The translations under genes were made by a program, and so were the position numbers. The notes under the pieces are model-generated. The model did no database searches. It saw only the letters and a list, made by a program, of their open reading frames with translations, and was not told where the DNA came from. DNA of 64,000 bases from Octopus sinensis (lineage: Eukaryota), in assembly GCF_006345805.1 (NCBI RefSeq), contig NC_042999.1, positions 120,838,001 through 120,902,000 of the forward strand. Reading direction: 5' to 3'. Shown one piece after another: positions 1 through 12,300 of this stretch (the first letter of the stretch is position 1; each line of letters starts with the position of its first letter).

Positions 1-68
1 ATGATAACACTTCCAATCAGTTAAGATCAGAAGCCATGAGAGCCACTGCCTGGTACTGCATCAGGGCA
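1..68 (-). mobile_element. Terminal 68 bp of the 555-bp (TAA)n-flanked short interspersed element (cut by the window edge)
   Basis: Matches 8087-8154 essentially base for base (ATGATAACACTTCCAATCAG...TGCATCAGGGCA) and is followed by (TTA)n. Confidence 0.9.
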
Positions 69-80
69 TTATTATTATTA

Positions 81-142
<62 letters not shown>
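69..142. repeat. (TTA)n/(TAA)n microsatellite
   Basis: Direct reading of the sequence. Confidence 0.98.
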
Positions 143-144
<2 letters not shown>

Positions 145-2068
145 TTTAATCTGCATCTTTGTTACAGTCACTTACCGAGACACACCCAGTGTCCTGGGAC
201 GAGTGAAGGATAAGATATGTTACAGTATGATTGAAAGCTTGGAGAGGAGAAGCAGTGAAATATAACACAGACATTTAAATGGATAGGAGTTTTCAAAAGA
301 TGTGGGCAGTACTTGTTAGTACAATCTTTTGGATTTCTCTAAGATATGGTTTTCCTGGAATATTATCTAGATGTTTCTGACATCCCTTTTTATCATACAT
401 AGGGCACCTACAATTACAGGGACAGTCCTCGCTTTAAGATGCCACATCGTTTGTATTTCAGTTTCCAGGTCCTTATATTTAGTTAATTTATCAAATTCCT
501 TTACAGGTTTGTTTTTATCAGTGGGAACACTTACATCTATTAGTTTAGAAATATTTTCTTCCCTGTCTTTAATAATAATGTCTGGTCGATTAGCCTGGAT
601 CGTTCTGTCAGTCTTGACTGAAAATTCCAGAGGGTAGTGACATTTTTACCTTCAACGACTGGCTCAGGATGATGTTCTTACCAGTAAGCAGAAGTGCTGA
701 TTTTCTAGTGTTTACATATTTTCCAATGTATATACCCTATCATGGCGATTCTTGCATTCGTTTGGTGTCAGCACAGAACATCCCGAGACACGATGGTCTA
801 TTGTTTCGTCAAATGTGTCGCAGAATCTGCATTTAGGGTCACAAACGTTTCGAAGAACGTTAGCCTTGCATTTTTTTGTTTGTGAGCAAACTTTGATCTT
901 GTTCCGCCAATATGAAACTTTCAGTCTCTGCTTTCAGTCCTGAACTTCTCAGCCATTGATGGGTTGTTGCTTGATCCATCAGCATTTCGACTTCGAAGTA
1001 CATACTGTCCATTCAGAAGCTTCTGGCGCCATCGTTCCTCAATTTCCTCTTGGCCATTCTACCTTCTAAGAATTTGAGATGACAGGCGAGGTCTTATATA
1101 TCTCAAGGCCCTTGAGAATCCAATTATGTGGGACACTATTAAACGCTTTTCTGTTGTCTATCCATGACATACTCTAGATATTTTGGTTCTAGCAATTCCC
1201 AACAATCATTTTACTTATGAGTAATTCATCTTTGCACTCATAGGAATTCCTTTTAACGACTTTTTGAGCTTGTGGAAGGATAGATCTCTGTTTAAGGAAA
1301 GCATATATTCTGTCAGTTAATACAGATGTGAAGATTTTGTAGGTGGTGATGACATATTATTATCGGTAGTTCTTTGGATTTTCTTAGTCTTCAGCTTTTG
1401 GTAGAAGGCATGTTGTTCCCTCGGTCAGCCAGGCAGGTATAGGTATTTACTCTGGGTTCTGGATGACATCAGTCAGAGATGCAGCGAAATTTTGGTGTAC
1501 TTCTGTCAGACAATTTAGCGAGAAGTTAGGAATTTGGTTCCAGTCCTGAGGTTTTCCATTTGTGAAACTTCCTAAGAACACAGCTCTTATATTCCTATTG
1601 CTCCCATTTCTGCTCTTCAACTTCATCCAGTCTCACTTTCTCACGCACTATGCAGTCATCTTTAGCATTTTATTCTTTTATTTTATTTTTTATTTTTGCT
1701 CCATATCCTTATCCAGAACTCTCCCATTTTTTCCGTTTTAGTTGGCTCCTTTACGTCTCTATGACTTTTGCCAATTTCCCTAAAAAAATTCTTTGCATCC
1801 ATCTTGAATATCTTGTTTCGTCGATAAAATTTGATTATTTTGTCATACCTTCTAAGCCGTTGGGCTTTCAGTTGTATCTGTTGTTTCAATTGTTCCTTGG
1901 TTGCAGAGAGGTTTATAAAATCTTTCATTTTATATTTTTGTTTGATTTTTCTGGCTCCTTTCGTCATAACATTATTTACTCCTCTAGCAAGTTCATCGAG
2001 AACTGATACGTCCGCCCGCAGAGATTCGATGTCTTTTTGTATTGCTACTTTCTACTTAGGAGGTCTAC
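143..2068 (-). mobile_element. Degenerate RLE-type non-LTR retrotransposon (R4/Dong/NeSL-like), 5'-truncated and internally deleted
   Basis: Minus-strand peptides: KEQLKQQIQLKAQRLRRYDK...FWIRIW (pre-RT), WIDNRKAFNSVPHNWI-type RT motif near 1110-1170, and C-terminal RLE pieces (ID.SVP.DKN, VPVIVGAL). Many stops and frameshifts. Confidence 0.85.
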
Positions 2069-2100
2069 CATCATCATCATCGTCGTCATCGTCGTCGTCG

Positions 2101-2132
<32 letters not shown>

Positions 2133-2261
2133 GTCGTCGACGTCGTCATGGTCATCACCACCACCACCACCACCACCATCACCAACATCATCACCACCAG
2201 CACCACCACCACCACTACCACTATCATCATCATCATCATCATCATTATTATTATTATTATA
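2068..2261. repeat. Compound trinucleotide microsatellite (CAT/CGT/CAC/TAT)n
   Basis: Direct reading; it produces the poly-S/I/P/T/M ORFs in the track. Confidence 0.95.
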
Positions 2262-2795
2262 CTGTCATTGCACAACATCTAACGCTGGAGATGTACTTTG
2301 GTGTTAGCTGTTCACTACCAGTGATCTAGGGTAACACCACTAATTTTTCGAGCACCATCTGGAGTTTTCGAGCGGTTCCAAGCTGTGTTGTTTTCTGAAA
2401 GTGCTCCATGTTTATTGCAGTCGCTATTTGTTTCATGTACTTCTCAAGATCTTTACTTACTGTTCCCAGGGCTCCGGCAATTATTGGTACTACTACCAAT
2501 TTTTTCATTGACCACAACTGCCAAACCTCCCAAGCAAACCTGTCACATCTATCGACTTTTCTTTTTTCTTTATCGCATATCTTGTTGTCAGCTGGTGCAT
2601 GCTATATCTATGATCGAGCATCGTTTGCTTTCTTTCTCAATTAACACTATACCTGGTTTCCTATTCTCCATCTCATGGTCCCATTGGAACATAAAATACC
2701 ATAGGATCTTTGCATTATTATTTTCGATGTTACTTTCGAGTTTATGTTCGTACCACTTTTTTGCTGAGTCAAGTCCATGCATGTTGCAAGTATTA
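2262..2795 (-). mobile_element. 3' fragment (RLE endonuclease plus 3' UTR) of a second RLE-LINE lineage
   Basis: Minus-strand KKWYEHKLES.IENNNAKILW...IIDIAC and WSMKKLVVVPIIAGALGTVSKDL...LGTARKL. Closely similar to the 33617-33970 fragment. Confidence 0.88.
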
Positions 2796-2828
2796 TCATT
2801 ACTATTATTATTATTATTATTATTATTA

Positions 2829-2885
<57 letters not shown>

Positions 2886-2951
2886 TATTATTATTATTAT
2901 TATTGTTATTATTATTATTGTTATTATTATTATTATTGTTATTATTATTAA

Positions 2952-3045
<94 letters not shown>

Positions 3046-3066
3046 GTAATTATTATTATTATTATT
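2796..3066. repeat. Long (TTA)n microsatellite
   Basis: Direct reading. Confidence 0.98.
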
Positions 3067-6000
3067 CAGTAGTATATTTTTTATATCGTGCTTTCACTTT
3101 ACTACCGAGTACAGCTCTGTGTGCCTTGGGTATGTGCTGTGATTTGTTGTGATGCTCTGATGGTTATTGTATGGAAAGTGTTCTGCGTAGGATGTGTGCA
3201 GTGCCTAGTAGTGCAATTTTCTGTATGTTATGTGTGTTTGTAAGTCCTGGAGTTTTTGTTATGTATTTGTCTGAATAATTTTTTATCATGCCTAATGCAC
3301 CTATTATGATAAGAATTGTTTCTGTTTTTAGATTCCACATTCTGGTTACCTCTATTTCCAGGTCTTTGTATTTTGAAAGTATTTCCACTTCTTTCAGAGA
3401 CACGTTGTCATCCGCTGGTATTGATACATCAATTATAAAACATTTTTTTCTTCATGATCTCTGACAACTATATCTGGATTGTTGGCCTTAATTTCTCTAT
3501 CTGTGTGTATTGGCATATCCCAGAGTATGGTTGCTTTCTCGTTTTCTGTGATCTTTTCTGGGGTGTGCCTATACCATCTTTTTTTTGTTGTTATTCCATA
3601 ATGTTGGCATAGCTTCCAGTGTATATAGGTTCCAACTCTGTCGTGTCTGTGAATATATTCCTTCTTAGCCAGGACTGGGCAGCCAGAGATAATATGATTT
3701 ATTGTTTCTTGTCCATCTCCACAGTTCTGCAATTGTTATATTTCTTTTCATTACATGTTTTTGGTAATTTCTGGTGGGGAGACTTTGGTCTTGTGCTGCA
3801 ATTAAAAATCCTTCTGTCTCTGCTTTGAGTCCTGAGCTTCTCAACCATTGTTGGGATGTTTCTTTGTCTATTTCTTTTGCATTTAGTTTAGTCCAGTATT
3901 TGCCATGAAGGGGCTTTCCTTGCCATCGTTTTGTTAATGGTTTGTTGCTGTTCTATTTTTAGTTTGGATTTCATTTGGTTTACAGCTTTTGTTGTTTCTT
4001 CATCTTCTTCTTCTTCTTCTTCTTCTTCTTCTTCTTCTTCTTCTTCTTCTCTTCTTCTTCTTCTTCTTCTTCTTCTTCTTCTTCTTCTTCTTCTTCATAT
4101 TTGTTTGTTGGCATGATTTCTTGCTTGTATTTGTCAGCTTCCTTAAATACTGAGAACAGTTTTTTGTTTCGTTCGTGTTTTGCCGCTATTTGTATCAGTT
4201 TTCCTTCATTCTGAAGTAGATATTTTTGCAGTCCTATGGTGGTTATTTTATAGTGGTTTTCCAGCTGTATAAGGCCTCTACCACCATCTATACATTGTAT
4301 ATATAGCCTTTCTATGTCAGATTTTGGGTGATGCATCCTAGATCCTGTCGTTATTTTTCTTGTTTTCCTATCTATTTTGGTCAGTTCATTTAGTGTCCAG
4401 TTAAGGATATTGTAGCTGTAACTTATAACTGGGACGGCTAAAGTATTGATATCTGTTATCTTGTTTTTAGCATTGAGCTCTGTTTTCAGTATTGATCTAA
4501 CTCGTCTATAATATTCTTTTTTTTTATTTTGTCTTTCATTTGTGTGTGTTGTGTCTTATCTAGTTCATGGATTCCTAAGTATTTGTAAGTTTGGCTTTGG
4601 TCTAATTCTTTTATTTCATTGTTTTTGTCTAGTGTGATGTTGCTACTCTTAACTAGTTTTCCTCTTTTCAGGGTAACTTTGGCGCATTTCACTAATCCAA
4701 ATTTCATATCTATTTCTTTGGTAAATCCATGAACTGTCTTTAGTAGTGTTTCCAGCTGTTTGTCATTTGTAGCGTATAGTTTTAGGTCATCCATATATAA
4801 AAGGTGGCTGATCTTTTTGCCGTAACAATTATATCCGCATCCAGTTCTGTTTAGCATATCCGATAGAGATGACAGTGCCAAGCAGAAAAGGAGTGAGGAG
4901 AGCGTATCTCCCTGGAATATTCCTCTTCTAATGGGGGTGGCTTTGGTTTTCACAAGTCCTTCTTTTGTTTGGAGCTGTAGCACTGTTTGCCATTTATTCA
5001 TAGAGTGTCCTATGAATTTTATAATTGTTGGTGCAACTTTATTCATGGCTAGTGTTTCGATGATCCATGTGTGGGGGATGCTATCAAACGCTTTTTTGTA
5101 GTCGATCCATGCCATACTAAGGCCTTTCTTCTTTCTGTGGATGTCTTCAGTTATGGCTTTATTAATCATTAGTTGATCTTTACAGCCATATGAGCCTTTG
5201 CGGCATCCTTTCTGCTCTTCTGGAAACAGGTTGTTTTCGTCCAGGTGCTTGTTCAATTTTTGCGATATCACTGCAGTAAATGCTTTGTACATTGTAGGGA
5301 GACAGGTTATAGGTCTGTAGTTTTCTGGTTTTGATGTCTCATTTGATTTGGGACTTAAGATGGTTTTCCCCTTCGTGTGACATTCAGGCATTTTCTCTGG
5401 CTCTGCCAGTATGTTGTTAAAATTTTCAGCCAGCTTTTTGTGCATTCCTGTTAGATATCTCAACCAGAAGTTGGGGATCTTGTCATGCCCAGGTGCCTTC
5501 CAGTTGCTTAGTCTTTGCAGTGCCTGGGTGACCTCTTCAGTTGTTATGGGGGTCCAAAGTTGATCAGATGCTGAGTTTGTTGTTTTAATACTCCTTTTTT
5601 CTTGGTTGTTCGTTCGCCGACCATATTTCTCTCCAGAATTCTTCCACTTCTTCTGCCGTTGGTGCTGCAGTGATTTCTATTTTAATTTTGCCAAGTTCTT
5701 GGTAGAACTTTTTGGAGTTGGAGTTGAACTTTTTGTTTTGTTCAAAGAAACGTTGGCGTTTCTCGTACCGGCGGATCCATCGTGCTTTGGCAAGGATATC
5801 TTGCTTTAGCTTTTCTTTTATCTCAGGTAAATCTTTTTCTATGGTGTTGTATTTGCGGAGTATTTTTGTTTTCTTTTTGTTGCTCAGTAGCGTTGATTAT
5901 CTAGTGATTTCATTAAGAATCGACAGATCTTTTCTTATTTTTTTGTATTTTTTTTTGGATGTTATTTATCCACAGGGTTTGTTTGGGTGGTGGTACTCCT

Positions 6001-7021
6001 ATTTGGATGGGTTTGAGTGAGTATCCAGCTTCTTTTGTGGCTGCAGTGGCTGCTGCGTATACTAAGTCATTTAGCTCAGTGATATCGCTTTTTGTTTCAG
6101 TGGCTATTAGTTCCGTGACGGCTAGGTTTATGCTGTTTATAATTGATGTTGTTGTTTCGTCTATTTTGATTTTTGGGAGGTATGGTCGGTGGTCCATTTT
6201 GAGCTCTGTGGTTTTCAGTTCTTTGATTATATTACTTTTTATAGTTTCATAATCATTAGGCTCCCCTTCGTTGTTTCCAGGTTTTAGATTTGTGTCGCTT
6301 TCTTTCTCATCCGTATGTTTGTTTGTCATGTTTTGGCTTGCTGTTTGTCGTGTATTATTATGTATCCTTACGGTCTGGGTTTGTTGTTTTTTCTTTACAT
6401 CATTTTTGTTGGAAATGTTACGTTTGTCTTCGTGTTTTACTGTTTCAGTGTTTGTATTATTTGGCATTGTTGTGTGGCTTCTATCTACACTTTCCTGATG
6501 TGTTTTTTCTTTTAAATGTTCTATTTCTATTTCTGATATTTGCTTTTGCGCTGAGAATATATCTCCGTATATTTGCTAGTTTATTAGGGTTCATTGTTGT
6601 ATCCAGGTCTTTATTTATGTTATTTTTCTTCCATATTTTATATGTATGTGTTGTTGTATTTTCATTCTTTGGGTAGAGCACTGCTGTAAAGTAGGCGTGT
6701 AGGATAGAAATGTATTCCTCACGTGTCCATTTATGTCTTTTGGGTTTTATTTGCGGGACATGAGGAACAACGTCCGGCCCATTATTTTGACGGTCGTCAT
6801 TTTCGTAGGGTACCGGTCTGTTCATTTCTGTTGTCACATTGTTTAGCACGTGTAGTTTTTCGTACATTTTATGTTGTAAGTTTACAGTACGTACTTCCCG
6901 ATTGTTATTCTTGGGTTGAATAATATCGGTGTTATTTAATTTCTTCGTAGTTTTATTGTACATGGTGTTTGGGGTCGGGGATGATCTGGTGTTGATGGAT
7001 TGTAATGTATCACGCATGTTT
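3067..7021 (-). mobile_element. Near-full-length R4/Dong-type non-LTR retrotransposon, copy A (single ORF now frameshifted), inserted in (TAA)n
   Basis: N-terminal Myb-like motif RHKWTREEYISILHAYF; RT (AWIDYKKAFDSIPH, GIFQGDTLS, HLLYMDDLKLY); HPKSDIERLY; Cys-His knuckle (C..C...ETINHIISGC); RLE (PDIVV, IDVSIP, KYKDL, IIGALG). (TAA)n on both sides. Confidence 0.95.
4486..5463 (-). pseudogene. Reverse transcriptase segment of R4/Dong copy A
   Basis: 325-aa ORF with NYRPITCLPT, WIDYKKAFDS, FQGD and YMDD motifs; the flanking ORF segments lie in other frames. Confidence 0.93.
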
Positions 7022-7031
7022 ATTATTATTA

Positions 7032-7093
<62 letters not shown>

Positions 7094-7153
7094 GTTATTA
7101 TTGTTATCATCATCATTATTATAATTCTGGTTGTTGTTGTTGTTATTATTGTT
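7022..7153. repeat. (TTA)n/(TTG)n microsatellite
   Basis: Direct reading. Confidence 0.97.
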
Positions 7154-7570
7154 GAATGAGAGAGCGGTGCATACCATAAACGTGACACTGGGGTACAAAT
7201 ATATTAAGCACAGTATACCCATCATAACTACCCGTCTCATAAGGGTACTCCAGACATATGCATTTCAACCATATATGCGTGACATGTTGATATCATATCA
7301 ACGTAAACAGCGTATAAACTTGCAAACCGGTCCCAGTTAGAATTGTTTTCAGGTTGAGTAGCTTCATCGCACTTAAAAGTTCCCTGAATATGATTTATTT
7401 AACACTGATGTTTCCAAGTGTAAATTATTCCAAAGAATACCTCTCAAAATATAGCTATGATCTTCTGCATTTGCTCGTGGTCACAGGTTCACATATCGTC
7501 CACCGCAAAGAGACATGCTCAACTATTTAAGCTCAAGCGAGAAGTAAATCTTTGGTATTGACCAAGGTAT
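7154..7570 (-). mobile_element. Diverged, internally deleted copy of the 555-bp (TAA)n-flanked element
   Basis: Aligns by eye to 7600-8040 (GA.TGAGAGAG..GTGCAT...GTGACACTGGGG...CCCAGTTAGAATT...CAGGTTGAGTAGC) with many substitutions and gaps. Confidence 0.85.
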
Positions 7571-7599
7571 CTATTTTTAATATTATTATTATTATTATT

Positions 7600-8153
7600 G
7601 AGTGAGAGAGTAGTTCATGCCATCAAAGTGACACTGGGGCAAAATATACGAAGCCCAATATACCCATCATGACTACCCGTCTGATAAAGGTACACCAGGC
7701 ACATGCATCACAACCATATGTGCGCGACATGGTGATCTCATATCAAGATAAACAGCACATGACCTTGCAGGTGGGGCCCAGTTAGAATTTTCTTCAGGTT
7801 GAGTAGCCCATCCCGCTCAAAAGGTCCCTGAATAAGGGTTGTTTAAGGATGTTGAAAGAACCACCCATGTTTCCAGAGATGAACTATTCAAACCCCAAAG
7901 AATACCTCTCAACACATGGCTATGATGCTCCCCCACTACTTCTACTCGTGATCAGAGATGCACATATTGTCAGCCACTAAGGAACATGCTCAACTGGTTA
8001 AGGTCAAACAACTGACAAGCAAATCTGTGGTATTGAGCAGAATATTTGCTGTAGCCCATCTTTTATACCAAGACAAAACAATGTACATGATAACACTTCC
8101 AATCAGTTAAGATCAGAAGCCATGAGAGCCACTGCCTGGTACTGCATCAGGGC

Positions 8154-8154
<1 letters not shown>
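7600..8154 (-). mobile_element. Full-length 555-bp non-coding interspersed element flanked by (TAA)n on both sides
   Basis: Four copies plus a fragment in the window; sharp boundaries against (TTA)n; no ORF, no TIRs and no A/B box seen. Orientation is inferred from the neighbouring LINEs. Confidence 0.88.
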
Positions 8155-8206
<52 letters not shown>

Positions 8207-8225
8207 TATTATTATTATTATTATT

Positions 8226-8716
8226 GAGTGAGAGACTAGTGCATGCCGTCAAGTGATTCTGGCGTAAAATATACGATGCCCAGTATACCCATCATGACTA
8301 CTTGTCTGATAAGGGTACACTAGGCACATGCATCACAACCATATGTACGCGACATGGTGATCTCATATCAAGATAAACAGCATATGACTTGCAGGTAGGG
8401 CCCAGTTAGAATTTCCTTCTGGTCGAGTAACCCATCCCGCTAAAAGGTCCCTGAATAAGGGTTGTTTAAGGATGTTGAACGAAACTTTCATATTTCCAGA
8501 TGTGAATTATTCAAACCCCCAAAAGTACTCGCAACATATAGCTATAATGCTCCTCCACTACTTCTGCTCTTGATCAGAGATGCACATATCGTCAGCCACT
8601 AAGGGACAAGGTCAAGCAACGGACAAGCAAGTCTGTGGTATTGATCAGATTATTTGCTGTAGCCCATCTTTTATACCAAGACAAAACAATGTACATGATA
8701 ATACTTCCAATCAGTT
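8226..8716 (-). mobile_element. Further copy of the 555-bp element, truncated at its inferred 5' end
   Basis: Similar to 7600-8110, with small deletions. Confidence 0.88.
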
Positions 8717-8845
8717 GTACAATAGATTTGCCCATATCATATCACACTTTTCTCGTCTGTCTTCCTCAATATTTGTTTGCACACACACACACATATAGAC
8801 ATGCATACATACATACATACATACATAAATACATACATACATACA

Positions 8846-8877
<32 letters not shown>

Positions 8878-9537
8878 ATGTATATGTATATATGTATATA
8901 CATATATATTATATCATACTGTATTGTATATAAAAGCCGAAAGTTAGTAAAATTTAACTTCATAGTATCCAATAACGTACAAGACTATCTAAATAACTAA
9001 ATTATCGTCAAAGATTATTATTGAAATATGAATAGAATAAATATTAGTAGAAACCTAATAGAATTAGGTGCTTGAAAACGGACAAGTTAATTATAGCCGA
9101 ATTACATTAAACTTTAGACTAATTCTCTAAAATCGTAAAATGTACAGAACTCTAAGATAATACGTGTCCGCTCAATTTCATGGTACACACGCACGTGTGT
9201 GTGTGTTGTTACACTAATATTGAATAGTTGTATATATATATATATATATATATACATACATATGTACGTGTGTATGTATGTATGCATCATGTTTGCCTAC
9301 GTGTAAAATAATTGCGTAAATGATTATATTTCACTTTGCACTGAATCTATCAGACACTATTGCGATTCACAGTTGGAACTAAATGCCTCATGTGATGTCG
9401 CCTTATGTCCTACAAATATGCTTAATACCAACCAATTACATTTCTGTTTCGTATACATTCGTCATTTTGTACATCTAAGAATTCGATATGCAGAAAATGA
9501 AGTAAACTTTAGCTTTTCAATAAGTATTCTCTCGTTA

Positions 9538-9720
9538 AGGTGGAGAGCAAGCAGAATCATTGCCACGTTTTCCGTTCTGAGTTCAAATTCCACGGAGGTC
9601 GATTTTACCTTTCATCATTTCGCGGTTAATAAAATAAGTACCAGTTGTTCACTGAGGCTATATAATCGATTTACTCTTGCTCTGAATTTGCTGATCTTGA
9701 ACAAAAATTTGAAATCAGTA
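9538..9720 (+). mobile_element. tRNA-derived SINE, family 1 (GCAGAATC...GAGTTCAAATTCC...GATAAAATAAGTACCAG), degenerate
   Basis: B-box-like GAGTTCAAATTCC and a conserved body shared with the copies at 15.8-16.2 kb, 49.5 kb, 52.8-53.2 kb and 60.2 kb. Confidence 0.75.
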
Positions 9721-10559
9721 TATATTCTCTCATTGTATTCCCGTGCTTTTATCTCCTGCAAAACACCTTCAGGAGCTCTCTGCAGCATGTCACCTTTTCC
9801 CTTTTTTCTTTTCTTTCTCTTTCATTCTCTTGTTTTACTTTCTTCAATATATTCTCTCCTATGATCCTGAATTCATTACGATCGCCTTTTTTTTTAGCAA
9901 ATAATCGTCTTCACATCTTTACATTAGTCTCAAGAATCCCTTTTTTAAATTTCCAATCTAATTCGTTCTCAAAGAGAACGTTACTTTTCCACTGTCCGTT
10001 CTGTTTATGAATCTCTGTTTGCAGACATTAAGAGAAAGCTGGATTAACAGTGCCTGTTAACCACAAACAACTTAATGCAATATTCAATAGCAAGCTGTTT
10101 TATGATGGTGCTGTATTGTATCGACTTCTTCTTACAAACTACGGATCATTAAAAGGAAACCGAAATCCTTCTCTAAATAGATTGTTACAAAAATGCAGTG
10201 CTTTATTAATATTTTCAAATGCGGTTGCAAAGGTTTTATAAAGAGATGCATAAATTGGCACTATAATAAATAAGCGAAGACTTTCATTCTATTTTATTGT
10301 TTCTGTTCATGATGGTGTATAATACTTTCTCTTTAAAACTCTTGCGTCCTTCTCACAATAGACAATTTTCAAAATAATTATTTCTATTGGTAGATTTTTT
10401 AATGCATCACATTTTTGTTCTGTAATACCATTTCAATGCATAAATGTACTGTTCGAGTGTGATTTTCACCAATAATATATAACCACAAACTATTGATTAA
10501 TTTGCTGTAAAAGTTTTCAGGGAGGGGATAGTCAGTTGAAACAATAGCAGTATATGCCA

Positions 10560-10710
10560 TTATATGCCATATACTTATTTTATTGATTACAGAAGGATGA
10601 AACGTAAAGTTAATTCCGATGGGACTATGGCTCAAAGCATAGAGGGACAAAACTAAATAATGTAAGGCAGTCTGTCTGGTGTTCTAACCATTCTATCATT
10701 TGCCTTGTTT
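10560..10710 (-). mobile_element. SINE family 1, degenerate copy
   Basis: Reverse complement reads AGAATGGTTAGAACACCAGAC...TTTCATCCTTCTGTAATCAATAAAATAAGTA. Confidence 0.6.
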
Positions 10711-11879
10711 CGAGAAGAGAAAATATTCAATACGGTAATTCATTATGGCTATTCTATTACTGAACAAAAGACCCCAACCAGTGAGCGAAGTCAGTGACCC
10801 AGAATTTCGTTCCAGTCTGTTTTTGCTATTTGTTCCCCGCCTGTCAGTATTGAGTATTGTGTTAAAATCAAATTCAAAACACTTTAATTACGCGATCTTT
10901 CATGAAATAAGGATTCATAAAACTTTTGAGTGAATAATTTCAAAATCTTTAGAAAGCCTTATAGATTTCAAATTTTAAAACAAACAGATAAAACACTGAA
11001 ATCTACATACAAGAATCAAAGTCTCATCTGAAAGTCATATTTCACGCAGTTAAATATGAGACTTCTGGCCATGTTATGTTCATTTGTGTACTTCATTTTC
11101 AAATGTGGGGAGGTTTTGTGTAGATATATACATCTATCAATTTACTTGTTTATAATGTTTTTTAGTTTAAAATTTGTTTTTAATTTTCCACCCATAGAAA
11201 TACGGAATGAAGATTGATGTGTGTGTTTCTGTATGGGAGTATTTGTCCTCGTTGCTTTGAAGAATATTTTGATTCCAGTTTTAAAACATGTATAACTAAA
11301 AATGTAAATTCTGAATTCATATGCCAAATTTAACATTAAATTGTTATTTATTGGAAATAAATTCTCTGTTTATGTATTTTTATTTCTTTCAAGGCCGTGA
11401 ATATTTGAGTATTGGTCAAGTTTTACACATTTAAGTTCTTCCCAATTCAACTTCATGCCGTTTAAATACTAGAATATCTTTGAATGAGATATCACCATTT
11501 TAAAGGACAGAGCTACTAAAGCGCAGATTACTATTACGACTGCAGATGTGCTAAAATCAAATATGAACTGACGAATATTTTATTTGCCAGATACCTCCCA
11601 GATAGAAGAAAATATTCTTGAAAAACGAAAAGTTTTCATTTAGCAGCTTCTATAACAGCATTCACTTAATTCACATACAATATATAACTAACACATACAA
11701 TAAAAAACTAAAGATTTGTCTTTATTCGGTTACATTACAGACTTCTAATAACGCTACTAAAATAATATATCTATTGACCTCACTTTCTATTCGAATACAG
11801 AAGAGTGTGCGAAGCATGAGAAATGATAAACTTTAGAAAATATGAGAATTATGTTAAGGATGTTGTTTCATTTTAAATA

Positions 11880-12300
11880 CTATGCTTCATGCAGTTTATT
11901 ACACAATGATTCTTTCTACAATAGACACAGTGCATGGTTGGCTCTCACTGTGGCGTTGAAGTTTCAAAATATTTGTGGTTTTTCCCGCTCTGGTGTCACC
12001 AGAATTGTCATTAAGATTTCTTCATGAAATTAGCCTTTTGCATTTTGTGTAGAGTAGACGGTTGGAGTATAAATACCGATAACTACCGATAAGAGAAATT
12101 CATCGGATGTATGGAATCAAATGAGAAAACCAGTGCAGTCATTCTTTCACTGGAATTTTCCTTCAATGAAATTATAACAGCAAATCCAACAGCATATTTT
12201 CTAGTCTCGTCTAGACCTTCTCCTTGCTGCCAAAATCTATATCTCACATGTACAGATCCTGACACAGAAAAGCGTATTGTATTGCAAATACTCTTGTAAC
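11880..12300 (-). mobile_element. Remnant of an RTE-like LINE APE endonuclease domain
   Basis: Minus-strand YRFWQQGEG...AVGFAV...SERMT, then IGIYTPT (the YAPT motif) and NFNATV (the GDFNA motif), across frameshifts. Confidence 0.65.

Noticed and set aside
1831-3072. Long ORFs with poly-Ser/Ile/Tyr/Leu/Met/Pro runs (and similar ORFs at 8.6, 14.3, 22.4, 31.2, 35.2, 45.5, 50.8 and 56.0 kb)
   Set aside because: They are translations of microsatellites or antisense frames of LINEs, not genes.
7960-8154. HDV-like ribozyme at the inferred 5' end of the 555-bp element
   Set aside because: A 3-bp P3 with a 7-nt loop can be drawn, but the loop consensus, P1.1 GG, P2 and J4/2 could not be satisfied by eye.
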